Shown: piece after piece, positions 47,693 to 57,692 of the stretch
How the letters are laid out: each line of letters opens with the position of its first letter
Position numbering within the stretch: position 1 is the first letter of the stretch
Assembly (NCBI GenBank): GCA_002310055.1
Contig: DBXS01000011.1
Location: 1-60,721 of the forward strand
DNA length: 60,721 nt
DNA from: Clostridiales bacterium UBA1206
GTDB taxonomy: Bacteria > Bacillota > Clostridia > Oscillospirales > CAG-382
Reading direction: 5' to 3'
The notes under the pieces: model-generated
The model's input: only the letters and a program-made list of their open reading frames with translations
Told to the model about the DNA's origin: nothing
Databases searched by the model: none
Made by a program: the position numbers and the translations under genes

Positions 47693-48199
47693 ATGGTCCG
47701 TGTCGCCGCCGCGTTGGTCTGGAATGGCGATAAATTCTTTATATGCCGCCGCCCCGCCGGCAAGGCGCGCGCTCTGCTTTGGGAATTCCCGGGCGGAAAA
47801 GCCGAACCGGGCGAAACGCTCGGCGACGCGCTCGTGCGCGAATGCGCCGAAGAGCTTGGCGCAAAAGTGGAAGTCAGGTCGGAATTCGCCCGCGTCACGC
47901 ACGAATATCCCGATCTCACCGTGGAACTCACGGTGTTCGACGCGGTATTCGCAGACTGCGAGCCGCAGATGCTCGAACACAGCGCGTTCGCGTGGATAAG
48001 CGCCGACGGGATTTCGAATTATGAATTCTGCCCGGCGGACGTGGAGATACTCGACCGCATAATAAAGAAGGATTCTCTGTTCCGCTCTCAGCGCGAAACG
48101 CTGATGACCCTGCTTTCCGCCGGAGCGATCACCAAAGCGCAGTATACTGAAAGCCTTTGCGGTATGGCTCAAAAGATGGGAATGTCAGGCAGAGTGTAA
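47693..48199 (+). CDS. MutT/NudG-like NUDIX pyrophosphohydrolase
   Basis: WEFPGGKAEPGET...RECAEELG, FCPAD. Confidence 0.9.
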   Translation: MVRVAAALVWNGDKFFICRRPAGKARALLWEFPGGKAEPGETLGDALVRECAEELGAKVEVRSEFARVTHEYPDLTVELTVFDAVFADCEPQMLEHSAFAWISADGISNYEFCPADVEILDRIIKKDSLFRSQRETLMTLLSAGAITKAQYTESLCGMAQKMGMSGRV

Positions 48200-48250
48200 A
48201 AAATAAGAACGCAGAAGCGTTTCGCTTTGCGTTCTTTTGTTTTATACGTT

Positions 48251-50164
48251 TCAGGGTGCGTCGGCGTTTATACCGTAGCGTTCGCACATCCAGGCGTTGC
48301 GGCTTTCGAGCCAGTCGCGCAGGTATGCTATCTCGGAATCGTACGTTCCGTCTTCGGGTATCTTCTCAAGTTCGCTGTAGACCGCTTTCGTCGACCAGAC
48401 GGTGTAGTTCCTGTCTATATCGTCTCTGAATTCGTCGAGCAGGGAATCGATAAGGTTTTTGCCGATCTCGTTATCTTTATAAACGTTTATGATAAGCGGT
48501 TGCAGTTCTTTGTAGCGCTCTTTTACCAGCGTTTCGAACTCTTTGCAGCGGAACAGCCGGCCATTCCATATTCCGTAGCAGTAATCGCCCTGCCACGAAA
48601 GTCCGGTGGTGTTTACGTTGTTGTAGCTTTTGTAATACGAAGAAGAGCAGTTTCCGGAAGAAAGGTCGAAATCCCATACCGGGCCTTCGTAAAGTTTGCC
48701 GTCCTTGATATAAAAACGCGTGGAACTTGTGGCGTAATCGACCTGCTTAAAGAATTCCTGCACTATAAACGCGTCGACAAACGACTGGATATCGAGGTAT
48801 TTGCTTATTTCTTCAAAGTTATAGGAAGCGATCGCCTTCTCGGCCTTGGCAAAGAAATCTTCTATATATTTGCGCTGCTCTTCGGTAGGGGATTCCGGAT
48901 CGTTGAAGCCGAGCGTGATGTTGTACCGCGGAGTCACGATCCATTCGGGGTTGGAATACTGCGGCCACGGTTCGAATTCAAGCAGGAATTCGTTCGCTTC
49001 GGTGTCTAAGTCCACCCGCGCGCTGCCAACGCCTATCGATTCGCATACCTGATATATCCCGCGGTATTCGCCGTTAAGATACAGCTCGGCAAACGTGGAA
49101 TTCTGGACATATGCCATGCCGATTTCCCGGGCGAGCGTGAACGCGAGCTTGTTGCGCAGCTGCGTTTTGTCGTACATATTGGCAAGCAGATACCATTTCC
49201 GGGCGTTGCCCAGGCCCAGCACGTTCTGCTTGCTTTCGAACTTTATGTTATACGGCTGTTTTGCTCCCGAAGAAGTCGAGTTGCCGCGCACTTTTATTTC
49301 GCCGTTCGGATCGTCTATAAATTGGCTTTTTCCGCTGGGATCGTAGACCACGATACGGCAGCCGTGGTAGCTTGATCTGTGAACGCGATCTCCGCCGATA
49401 GTTTCTATATAGATCTTGCTGATATTAGTGAGCTCCGCGTCTTCGCCGGGCGAACCGATCGCTTTTATCTCGGAAGTCCATATATGGTCGGGAGACGTGA
49501 TATCCACGCGGATGTAACGCGCATTGATATCGTTGAGCTTAAGTTCAAAAAGTGAATATTTCCATTCGCCCACGTCGCTTATCGACGCGTTGCCGAGCGA
49601 CGGAGAGATGGTGCCGCGTTCGGTGTATTTCACGTCGTCCGTCGAAGTGTAGACGGTCATTTTTATCTTGTCCGGAGTGGATATGCCCCATTTTCCGCCG
49701 TAGATATCGGCGTTGACGTTCTTTAAACAGCAAACGCTTTCGAGATCTATGACTATGGATATCTTGTTTGCGGAATAACCGCCGATCGAAGTCGAATCGC
49801 CGCTGGAAGCGACCTGCCCGTCGGTGAGCTTGTAGCGGGGGGATTTGCCCTCCTCGTCGTCAAAATCGCCGAATCCGTCGGTCCTGTACGCCGAAGAAGT
49901 CACCGTGTATTTTTTGCCCGCCGCGACGTCGTAATAAACGTTCGGGAGCTCCGGCCTTTCGACCGAAACTTCTTCGCTCGGTTCTTCGCTCGATTCTTCG
50001 CCCGGTTCGGAAACTTCTTCTGCGGAACTTTCTTCGGATGTGATTTCCGAAACGCCGCTCGCTTCGGCGGATTCCGGCATTTCCGGACCGTTCGGGGCGC
50101 AGGCGCCGGCAAAAAGCGAAAACAGTATGCAAAACAGAATAAGGTAAACGGTTTTGGTTTTCAA
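48251..50164 (-). CDS. CotH-kinase-family lipoprotein with discoidin-like N-terminal domain
   Basis: Lipobox FAGAC, acidic linker, RGNST, WYLLAN..D...RN, GPVWDFD. Confidence 0.9.
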   Translation of the reverse strand: MKTKTVYLILFCILFSLFAGACAPNGPEMPESAEASGVSEITSEESSAEEVSEPGEESSEEPSEEVSVERPELPNVYYDVAAGKKYTVTSSAYRTDGFGDFDDEEGKSPRYKLTDGQVASSGDSTSIGGYSANKISIVIDLESVCCLKNVNADIYGGKWGISTPDKIKMTVYTSTDDVKYTERGTISPSLGNASISDVGEWKYSLFELKLNDINARYIRVDITSPDHIWTSEIKAIGSPGEDAELTNISKIYIETIGGDRVHRSSYHGCRIVVYDPSGKSQFIDDPNGEIKVRGNSTSSGAKQPYNIKFESKQNVLGLGNARKWYLLANMYDKTQLRNKLAFTLAREIGMAYVQNSTFAELYLNGEYRGIYQVCESIGVGSARVDLDTEANEFLLEFEPWPQYSNPEWIVTPRYNITLGFNDPESPTEEQRKYIEDFFAKAEKAIASYNFEEISKYLDIQSFVDAFIVQEFFKQVDYATSSTRFYIKDGKLYEGPVWDFDLSSGNCSSSYYKSYNNVNTTGLSWQGDYCYGIWNGRLFRCKEFETLVKERYKELQPLIINVYKDNEIGKNLIDSLLDEFRDDIDRNYTVWSTKAVYSELEKIPEDGTYDSEIAYLRDWLESRNAWMCERYGINADAP

Positions 50165-50273
50165 ATCATCGCACTCCTAAGTGTGGCTGTGAGCCGTGTC
50201 GCGCGCGTATCCGAAACAAAGAGGTGTTGACAAAACGCGCGTGTTGTGATAATCTATTTTAAAGGTGATGAAG

Positions 50274-51404
50274 ATGGTACTAAAAGACGTAGGCGCCGTA
50301 ACTCCGTTCGGCATTATACAGACCGATATCACTATAGAAAACGGCAAGATCGCCGAGATATTCCATACTCACAATAAAGGCAAGGACTGCACGGGGATGC
50401 TGGCGTTCCCGGGCTTTATAGACACGCATATCCACGGCGGCTTCGGCACTGAATTTTCGGCGCCGAAAGAGCGTTTTGACGGCGGACTCACGGGCGAAGC
50501 GCATTACGGCGTCACCGGAGTCTGCTGCACCGTCAGGTGCCTCCCGGTCGACGAAACCGTGGCTGCCATAAAGAATATCGTCCGCGAATACAAACGCAAA
50601 CCGAGCGGAGCGAGGATCGAAGGGATCCATCTGGAAGGTCCGTTCGTTTCGCCCGATTATTCCGGCAGTATGAACGTAAAGGATATGGTGGATCCCGATC
50701 CGGATATTTTGCAGGAGTTTTACGACGCTTCTCACGGCCTGCTCAAAATAATCACCGTCGCGCCCGAACTAAAAGGCGCGGACGCGCTGATCCTGAAGGC
50801 AAAAGAGCTCGGGATCACCGTGTCGATGGGGCATACCGGCGCCGATAAGCAGCAGGCGCTGCACGCGTATCTGCTCGGCGCAAGGCAGTTCACCCACACC
50901 TTCAACGCCTGCGCGCAGTTCCATCACCGCAGCCCCAACGCGGTCGGGTTCGCGCTCACAAAACCGGATATCAAGTGCGAAGCGATATGCGATCTCGTTC
51001 ATCTGGACCTTCTGACCGTAAGACTCATCTTTGCGGCAAAAGGCGACGGTTTTATAAATATGATAAGCGATTCGGGCGTTTTCGCCGGGATGGGCGACGG
51101 CGATTTCGTGGTCGCCGGGCAGAGAAGGCACGTCAAAGACGGCATCTGCACGCTTGATAACGGCAGGATCGCCGGCAGCTGCTTTACTCTGTACCACGGC
51201 GTGCGGAATCTGCTCAAAGCCGGTTTCGATCCTATGCGTGTATGGAAGGCGGCGTGCCATAACCCCGCCGAAACGCTGCGCATTTCGCACAGAGCCGGAA
51301 TGCTTTTGGAAAAGCGCGCGGCGGATATCTGCGTTTTGGACAAGAACTACAATATTGCGCTGACAATGATCGGAGGCGACGTATATGAAGAACGCATCAA
51401 CTGA
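50274..51404 (+). CDS. nagA: N-acetylglucosamine-6-phosphate deacetylase
   Basis: PGFIDTHIHG, HLEGPF, THTFN, IAGS. Confidence 0.93.
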   Translation: MVLKDVGAVTPFGIIQTDITIENGKIAEIFHTHNKGKDCTGMLAFPGFIDTHIHGGFGTEFSAPKERFDGGLTGEAHYGVTGVCCTVRCLPVDETVAAIKNIVREYKRKPSGARIEGIHLEGPFVSPDYSGSMNVKDMVDPDPDILQEFYDASHGLLKIITVAPELKGADALILKAKELGITVSMGHTGADKQQALHAYLLGARQFTHTFNACAQFHHRSPNAVGFALTKPDIKCEAICDLVHLDLLTVRLIFAAKGDGFINMISDSGVFAGMGDGDFVVAGQRRHVKDGICTLDNGRIAGSCFTLYHGVRNLLKAGFDPMRVWKAACHNPAETLRISHRAGMLLEKRAADICVLDKNYNIALTMIGGDVYEERIN

Positions 51405-52311
51405 TCTTCTGGGTGTCGATATCGGCGGAACCAACGTCAAGATAGGCGTCATCGACAGCGAATACAACGTAAAGGAATTCATCAAGTTCAAAACCGAAAA
51501 AGACGACGTCGACGCGATGCTCGGTTCGATATGCGGCGTGATACGCGATCTTTCGCAAAAATACAGTTTTGATTTCGTCGGCGTGGGTTCGCCCGGCAGG
51601 ATCGAAGACAACCGCACGGTGATAGAGGCCGGCAATATCGCCTACGACAACACCCCGTGCGCAGATATCATCGAACAAAAGACCGGCTTGCCGGTGTATC
51701 TTGATAACGACGCAAACTGCGCGCTTTACGGCGAAAAATTCGCAGGTGCGGGCAAGAATATCTCGGATATGCTGGTGCTCACCATAGGCACCGGAGTCGG
51801 CGGTGGGATAATGATAGGCAGAAAATGCTACCGCGGCCACAACGGAAGAGCGGGCGAACTGGGTCATTTTATAATGGATATCAACGGCGAACCGTGTTCG
51901 TGCGGTCTGCGCGGCTGTTTTGAACAGTTCGCTTCGGTCACCGCGTTCGTTAAAGCGGCGCGTAAAGCGGCGGGCGAACACAAAGACAGCATCCTTTATG
52001 AGATGGCGCAGGGCGATCCTTCGCGCATCGGCGGAAGGCTGCCTTTTTACGCTATGTACCGAGGCTGCGAGGTCGCGCGCGGAGTTATCGACGAATACAT
52101 CCGCCATCTCGCCGACGGGATCAACAGCCTTGCAAAGATGTTTCAGCCCGAAATGATAGTGCTTACGGGCGGAATAATGAACGAAGGGCCCATCATCACG
52201 CAAATGTTGGCTCCGCACTTTATGCCTTTCGTAAACTGCACTCTTTCGCCGCTTCACGGCAACGCGGGGCTCATAGGCGCCGCTCTCATAAAGCGCGAAC
52301 GCGAAGGCTAA
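51385..52311 (+). CDS. ROK-family sugar kinase
   Basis: DIGGT, NDAN, GTGVGGG, ELGH, CSCG..GCFE. Confidence 0.93.
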   Translation: MKNASTDLLGVDIGGTNVKIGVIDSEYNVKEFIKFKTEKDDVDAMLGSICGVIRDLSQKYSFDFVGVGSPGRIEDNRTVIEAGNIAYDNTPCADIIEQKTGLPVYLDNDANCALYGEKFAGAGKNISDMLVLTIGTGVGGGIMIGRKCYRGHNGRAGELGHFIMDINGEPCSCGLRGCFEQFASVTAFVKAARKAAGEHKDSILYEMAQGDPSRIGGRLPFYAMYRGCEVARGVIDEYIRHLADGINSLAKMFQPEMIVLTGGIMNEGPIITQMLAPHFMPFVNCTLSPLHGNAGLIGAALIKREREG

Positions 52312-53249
52312 AACGTTTTTCCTTTGGCAAACGAATATATGGTCTTTGACCTGAACGGCTTTTCCGGGGAGCACAGGCATTGCGGAAAGCCGGGCTTGTT
52401 GGGCGTATCGGGGAAGTATTGTGTTTCCAGACAGAATGCTTCTCTTTTTTCTTTTGGCTCGTGGATGAAATTGCCGGTGTAGAACTGGATCCCGGGGGCG
52501 TTGGTCGTCACCGAAACGGTCATATCGTTGACGGGCATATATACCGAAGCCGCGCGCCTGATACCGCTGCCGTTGATAACGAAATTGTGGTCGTAACCTC
52601 CGGCGTAAACGATCTGTTCGTCTTCGGAGTCTATACCGTCGCCGATATATCTCGGGTAAGTGAAATCAAAAACGGTTCCTGCCACCGGGCGGATCTCGCC
52701 GGTGGGGATGAGCGCCCGGTCGACGGGAGTAAAGCCGTCGGCGTCAAAGAACGCGACGCAGTCTTTTATATCGCCGTTGTGCGCGAAATAAGTGTGGTTG
52801 GTTAGGTTGATGAACGTGTTTTCAGTGCATTCCGCCTGATACTGCATTATAAACGAAGAACCTATGACCGAATACTTGACTTTGACTTTGACGTCGCCGG
52901 GAAACGCGCCGGCAGGATCTTCGAGCGTGAGGAGCGCCGTGGAATGCGACGCGCTGACCGCAAAGCGTTTGTTCGCGTACGTCGCAAAACCGCCGTGAAG
53001 GCAGTTTTCGCCGTCGTTTTTGTCGAGCTCGTATTTTTTGCCGCCGAGCTCGAACGCCGCGCCGCCTATGCGGTTGGCGTATCTGCCTATTATGGCGCCA
53101 AGATACATATCGTCGCCGTAATATGCGGATTCTTCGCTGTAGCCGAGCACGAGTTCAAAATCGCAAAAAGCCGATCTTATGCTCGTGATCCTTCCGCCCA
53201 GATCGCTGAATTCCACGGAAAGATATTCGTCTTCTATACGGTATATCAT
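52308..53249 (-). CDS. galM: Aldose 1-epimerase
   Basis: GRYANRI, LHGG, NLTNHTYF, GYDHNF, FCLETQ. Confidence 0.93.
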   Translation of the reverse strand: MIYRIEDEYLSVEFSDLGGRITSIRSAFCDFELVLGYSEESAYYGDDMYLGAIIGRYANRIGGAAFELGGKKYELDKNDGENCLHGGFATYANKRFAVSASHSTALLTLEDPAGAFPGDVKVKVKYSVIGSSFIMQYQAECTENTFINLTNHTYFAHNGDIKDCVAFFDADGFTPVDRALIPTGEIRPVAGTVFDFTYPRYIGDGIDSEDEQIVYAGGYDHNFVINGSGIRRAASVYMPVNDMTVSVTTNAPGIQFYTGNFIHEPKEKREAFCLETQYFPDTPNKPGFPQCLCSPEKPFRSKTIYSFAKGKTF

Positions 53250-53875
53250 TTGTTTTCTCCTTTGCAAAGCCCTTTTTCGCGCAGAAAACACGCCTCGCAC
53301 TTGGGCGAACGCGCCGAGCAGATCTCGCGCCCGAACACCACCAGACGGTGGCAGAAAGCCGACTGTTTATCGCGCGCGATGAGCGGATCGAGTTCGAATT
53401 CGACCTTTTTCGGATCGGTCGAATGCGCGAGCCCCAGCCGGTTGGATATCCTAATGCAATGCGTGTCGGCGACTATGCCGCCCAGCCCGAAAACGTCGCC
53501 GCGTATAAGGTTGGCGACTTTTCTGCCGACTCCGCCGAGCGTGAGCAGGGAATCCATATCAGAAGGGACTTTGCCTTCGAATTTTTCGACGAGCGTCGTG
53601 CAGCACGCCCTGATCGATTTGGCTTTGGAATTGTAAAGGCCGACGGAGTATATGTATTTTTCAAGTTCGCCGGGTTCGGAATCGGCTATGGAACGCGCGT
53701 CGGGGAACCGTGCGAACAGCGCGGGCGATATTTCGTTTATGCGCTTGTCGGTGCATTGTGCGGAAAGGATCGCCATCACGAGCAGCCTGAACGGATCTTC
53801 TCCCGCTTCCAGACTGCATTTTTCATCGGGGTAGTATTCGGCAAGCGCGCGTTCGATCTTTTGCGCTTTAGTCAT
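53246..53875 (-). CDS. nth: Endonuclease III
   Basis: LSAQCTD, LGGVGRKVAN HhH, DTH, C-x6-C-x2-C-x7-C. Confidence 0.95.
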   Translation of the reverse strand: MTKAQKIERALAEYYPDEKCSLEAGEDPFRLLVMAILSAQCTDKRINEISPALFARFPDARSIADSEPGELEKYIYSVGLYNSKAKSIRACCTTLVEKFEGKVPSDMDSLLTLGGVGRKVANLIRGDVFGLGGIVADTHCIRISNRLGLAHSTDPKKVEFELDPLIARDKQSAFCHRLVVFGREICSARSPKCEACFLREKGLCKGENK

Positions 53876-54413
53876 CGAATATGTAATTGACGTCGCCGGA
53901 AAGCAAAGCCAATACTCCTTTGTATATATTTTCTGCGCGCTCTTCGTAGTTGTTGCGCAGCGTTTCGGCGTAGTATTTTTCGGTGAGGAAGACGTTTAAA
54001 TCGAGCAGTTTGCGTTTGCTGTCTTCTATAATGCAGTTGAGGATATACCCGCCCTCGGTCTCGGTCACGCTGGATTTTATGCGGCTGCCGCTCTTGTAGA
54101 ACGCGAGCAGACGCAGCGCGGAACGCAGCGCCTTGACGCGCACGGTGTTGAACAGGCGCATCTCCACGTTGCTTACGGCTTCTTCGCCGAGCGCCGATAT
54201 CTTATAAAGGCTGCCTTTTTCGCCGTCAAGCTCCTCGATCTGACCGCCTTCGACAAGTTCGCCGAAACAAATCGAAAAATCAAAATAATTGACGAACCCG
54301 TCCTGCAGGACGATATCGTTTATGGTCGAAAATTCAAGCGGTTCTTTGATATTTTTGAGCAAATAAAGGATGAACACTTTTATATCGGTTTTTTCAGTCA
54401 GCTGTATATCCAT
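53868..54413 (-). CDS. DUF4364-like winged-helix protein
   Basis: IKVFILYLL, VNYFDF, IYKGVLALL. Confidence 0.82.
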   Translation of the reverse strand: MDIQLTEKTDIKVFILYLLKNIKEPLEFSTINDIVLQDGFVNYFDFSICFGELVEGGQIEELDGEKGSLYKISALGEEAVSNVEMRLFNTVRVKALRSALRLLAFYKSGSRIKSSVTETEGGYILNCIIEDSKRKLLDLNVFLTEKYYAETLRNNYEERAENIYKGVLALLSGDVNYIFDD

Positions 54414-54548
54414 AGCACACCTCAAAATGAGACTAAAATACTCTGTATAATATTATATAGCAAGATTGTTAAAAAAACAAGTATAATTTTTGTGTTGCTT
54501 TTTTATGTTCGATAGTATATAATACAGTTAATATAAAGGAGCGGTTTT

Positions 54549-56168
54549 ATGGCTTTGAGATCTACGGGAGGGATCGTTCTCCCCAAAACAAAAAATCCTT
54601 CCAAAGACGAAATATTATTGTACGACTGTCCCGCGCGGGTGGAGATCCGTCTGCCCGAGCTTTGCGCTCCCGCCGTCGAAAAAGACGAATACGTGCGGCG
54701 GTATCAAATAATCGCGTGCTGTGAGGACGGTTTTTCGGTCTACGCTTCCATTCCCGGCAAAGTGACCGTCTGCGAAAAAGACCGCATTATCATAGAAAAC
54801 GATATGTCGCAGAAGACCGCCGAAAGCGACTCAAACAAGCCTAAGACGATAGACGATATCAATTACGAATCGCTTATCGAATACAGCCGCCGCTACGGCG
54901 TCACGGGCGCGTATTCGGGCGTTCCGCTTTACCGCAAGATAAGCGGAGCGTACGGCAAATGCTCGCGCATAATCATCAACTGTATCGAATCCGATCCGTA
55001 CAGCGGGCATGTCAGAGCGCTCGTCTGCGCGCACGCCAAAGAGATAGTGCTCGGCGCCAAGATCCTTATGATCGGCATGGGCGTCAAAAAATGCGTCTTC
55101 GCGCTCGGCGCGTCGTACAGCGCGGCGGCTTCCGCCATCAAAGAACATATCTCCGATATCCCCGGTATGGTTATCGCCGGAATAAAAGAAAAATACCCGG
55201 TGGGCAACGAGTATCTGCTGCTCAACGCCGTTTACGGCAAAGAGCTTTCGCGTTCGCGTTCCACGGCGGAATCGGGGTACCCGGTGTTTTCCGCCGAAAC
55301 GGTCTGCGAGCTTTTCAGCGCGCTGCGTTCGGGGCTGCCCTCGATATACAAAGTCCTCACCGTCGCAGGCAAGGGATTTTCCAAACCTTATGCGGTCAGA
55401 GTGCCGCAGGGCTGCTCTGTGGCGGATCTCGCCGATTTTATCGGCACCACCGAAAAATTCGACGTTTCTTTCGCTTTGGGCGGTCCGCTGAACGCAATTT
55501 CAGTCGACCGCGATTCGTTCCTTGCGAACAATACTAATATGCTGCTCGCGTACAAAGCCAAAAAGCCGTTCGACGGGACCTGCATACGCTGCGCGAGATG
55601 CGCTTCGTTCTGCCCGATGGATCTGGTCCCGTTCCTTTTCCACGACAGTTATTCCGCCGGCAGTTATTCCGACGGCGTTGCAAGAGGGCTGTACAACTGC
55701 ATAGAATGCGGCATCTGCTCGTACGTCTGCGTGGGCAAGATCGATCTGCTTTCCGAGATCCGCGCGCAGAAAAAGGCGCTCAACGAGCCCGAGGAACTCA
55801 CGCCGGAACAGCCGGAGGAAATCCCCGATACGCCCGACGTGACCGGCGCGACCGCGGAGGAAGAAAAACAGCTCGACCACGAATCCAGCGCCGAAGAGAT
55901 ACTCGACGCCGTGGCGGGCGGCATCCTTTCGTCGATCACCGAAGACGAAGCGGCAGCCGAAACCGTTGAAGAAAATATCGAAGAAATCGTTGAAGAGTAT
56001 ATAGAAAAAACGGCCGGCGCGCCGGATGACGATACGACCGAAGAAAATACCGGCGAAGACGTTCCCGAGCCCGAGATCGACGCGGCGGAGGAAACTGTTG
56101 AGGAAACGTCCGAAGAAACGGACGCGCCGGAAGAAAGCGAGGCGGAGAAGACAGATGACAACGAATAA
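54549..56168 (+). CDS. RnfC-like Fe-S protein, divergent, with long acidic tail
   Basis: CIRCARCASFCP and CIECGICSYVCV; KYPVGNE; SLBB-like GGPL; about 130 aa Glu/Asp-rich C-terminus. Confidence 0.8.
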   Translation: MALRSTGGIVLPKTKNPSKDEILLYDCPARVEIRLPELCAPAVEKDEYVRRYQIIACCEDGFSVYASIPGKVTVCEKDRIIIENDMSQKTAESDSNKPKTIDDINYESLIEYSRRYGVTGAYSGVPLYRKISGAYGKCSRIIINCIESDPYSGHVRALVCAHAKEIVLGAKILMIGMGVKKCVFALGASYSAAASAIKEHISDIPGMVIAGIKEKYPVGNEYLLLNAVYGKELSRSRSTAESGYPVFSAETVCELFSALRSGLPSIYKVLTVAGKGFSKPYAVRVPQGCSVADLADFIGTTEKFDVSFALGGPLNAISVDRDSFLANNTNMLLAYKAKKPFDGTCIRCARCASFCPMDLVPFLFHDSYSAGSYSDGVARGLYNCIECGICSYVCVGKIDLLSEIRAQKKALNEPEELTPEQPEEIPDTPDVTGATAEEEKQLDHESSAEEILDAVAGGILSSITEDEAAAETVEENIEEIVEEYIEKTAGAPDDDTTEENTGEDVPEPEIDAAEETVEETSEETDAPEESEAEKTDDNE

Positions 56169-57138
56169 CACTCCACTGCTTTTCAAGCGCCGCGACACCA
56201 TAAACACGGTGATGGTGAACGTCCTTATAGCTGCGCTCCCTGCGCTGTGCTGGAGCGTTTACGTCTTCGGGTTCAGAAGCCTTTCGGTGTGCGCCGCGTC
56301 GGTGTTTAGCGCAATGGTCCTTCATACCGTGGGGGATATCCTTATAAGCCGTAAGATCAGGTTCGATCTTTCGTGCGTGGTCACCGGCGTACTCGTCGGT
56401 ATGGCTATGCCCGTCAGCGTCCCGCTCTGGCTTCCCGCCGCGGCGAGCGCATTTGCCGTAGTGGTCGGCAAGATCTTTTTCGGCGGCACCGGCGGAAATC
56501 TGTTCAATCCCGCCGCTTTGGGTATATGCTTTTCATATCTGACGTTCGGCGGATATATGACGGCGTTTACCAAGCCGTTTGCGTCCTTACCCGCGTTTTA
56601 TATCGAGATCCCGGGCGAAATGCTCGATTCCGCGCGCACCGTCACTTCTTTTGAAAACCTGCGCGCCGGGGTCGTAGATCCCACCTGCATTTCAGAAGAA
56701 CTGTACGGATTGGTTCCGGGCAGTATCGGGACCGTTTCGGCGCTTATGCTCTTCATAGGGCTCGTATACCTGCTGCTCACGCGCACGGTCCATTTCAATT
56801 CCGCGCTGGCGTTTTTGCTGGTATACACGCTTTTGTCGCTTATGCTTTGCTACGCCGATTACGAACCGACGCAATTTATGGAACTTCAGCTGCTTTCGGG
56901 CAATTTGATGTTCGTGCTGACGTTTATGCTAAACGATTATTCGACCACGCCTACGACCAGTCTGGGGCGGCTTATCTTCGCCGTCCTCGCCGCCGGAGCC
57001 ATTTTCGCGGCGCGCGCTTTCGGTATGGTGGATTACTGCGAATTCTTCGTGGTGCTCGCGCTCAACGTGCTGAGCCCCGTAATAGAAAAGCGCACTTATC
57101 CCACGGTATTCGGCGCATATGTGAGGAAAACGCTATGA
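56155..57138 (+). CDS. RnfD-like membrane subunit, divergent
   Basis: VVTGVL, KIFFGGTGGNLFNPA, GSIGTVSAL, DYSTTP. Confidence 0.85.
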   Translation: MTTNNTPLLFKRRDTINTVMVNVLIAALPALCWSVYVFGFRSLSVCAASVFSAMVLHTVGDILISRKIRFDLSCVVTGVLVGMAMPVSVPLWLPAAASAFAVVVGKIFFGGTGGNLFNPAALGICFSYLTFGGYMTAFTKPFASLPAFYIEIPGEMLDSARTVTSFENLRAGVVDPTCISEELYGLVPGSIGTVSALMLFIGLVYLLLTRTVHFNSALAFLLVYTLLSLMLCYADYEPTQFMELQLLSGNLMFVLTFMLNDYSTTPTTSLGRLIFAVLAAGAIFAARAFGMVDYCEFFVVLALNVLSPVIEKRTYPTVFGAYVRKTL

Positions 57139-57692
57139 TATTCATTCTTTCCGCCGTAATAGGCTTTATCGCGTTTGCCGCTGAACTCGTTTTCGGCCGC
57201 ATACTCAAACAAGGCGGCAAAGACTCCGCCCTCGGTCTTTCATATGTCAAAGCCTTGCTGTACCCGGTGATATCGGTTTCCGCCGCGCTGTGGGGAAGTC
57301 TGTATCTGGAACGCGACGGCGACCTGACGTTCCAGCTGCTCGTCTGCGCGGGCTTTGCTGTCGTTTTCTTCCTTTTGGAATTTTTCGCTTTCAAAAAGCG
57401 CGTTTCGGCGTTTGCGGTGTTCGCCATAATGCTCCAGTCGGCCGCGGCGGTGTACGCCGTGAGGTATTTCGGCGAGCGGACCGAAACCGTGCTCAACGTT
57501 ATCGCGTTCGTCACGGCGGCGCTGCTGCCCGCGGCGGCGAATACGGCGCTGTATTCGCTCAAAACAAAAGTGCGCGCGACCGGAAGCGGTATCGTCATAT
57601 ACCTGCTCGCCGATCTTTGCGCACCGGTGATCGCCTGCCTGACGCTTATCTTCGTTATGGTCGAAGTGTTCGCTAACGCGGCGGCTCTGTAG
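57135..57692 (+). CDS. Hypothetical multi-pass membrane protein
   Basis: 185 aa, about six hydrophobic segments; ATGA overlap with the rnfD-like gene. Confidence 0.72.
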   Translation: MIFILSAVIGFIAFAAELVFGRILKQGGKDSALGLSYVKALLYPVISVSAALWGSLYLERDGDLTFQLLVCAGFAVVFFLLEFFAFKKRVSAFAVFAIMLQSAAAVYAVRYFGERTETVLNVIAFVTAALLPAAANTALYSLKTKVRATGSGIVIYLLADLCAPVIACLTLIFVMVEVFANAAAL

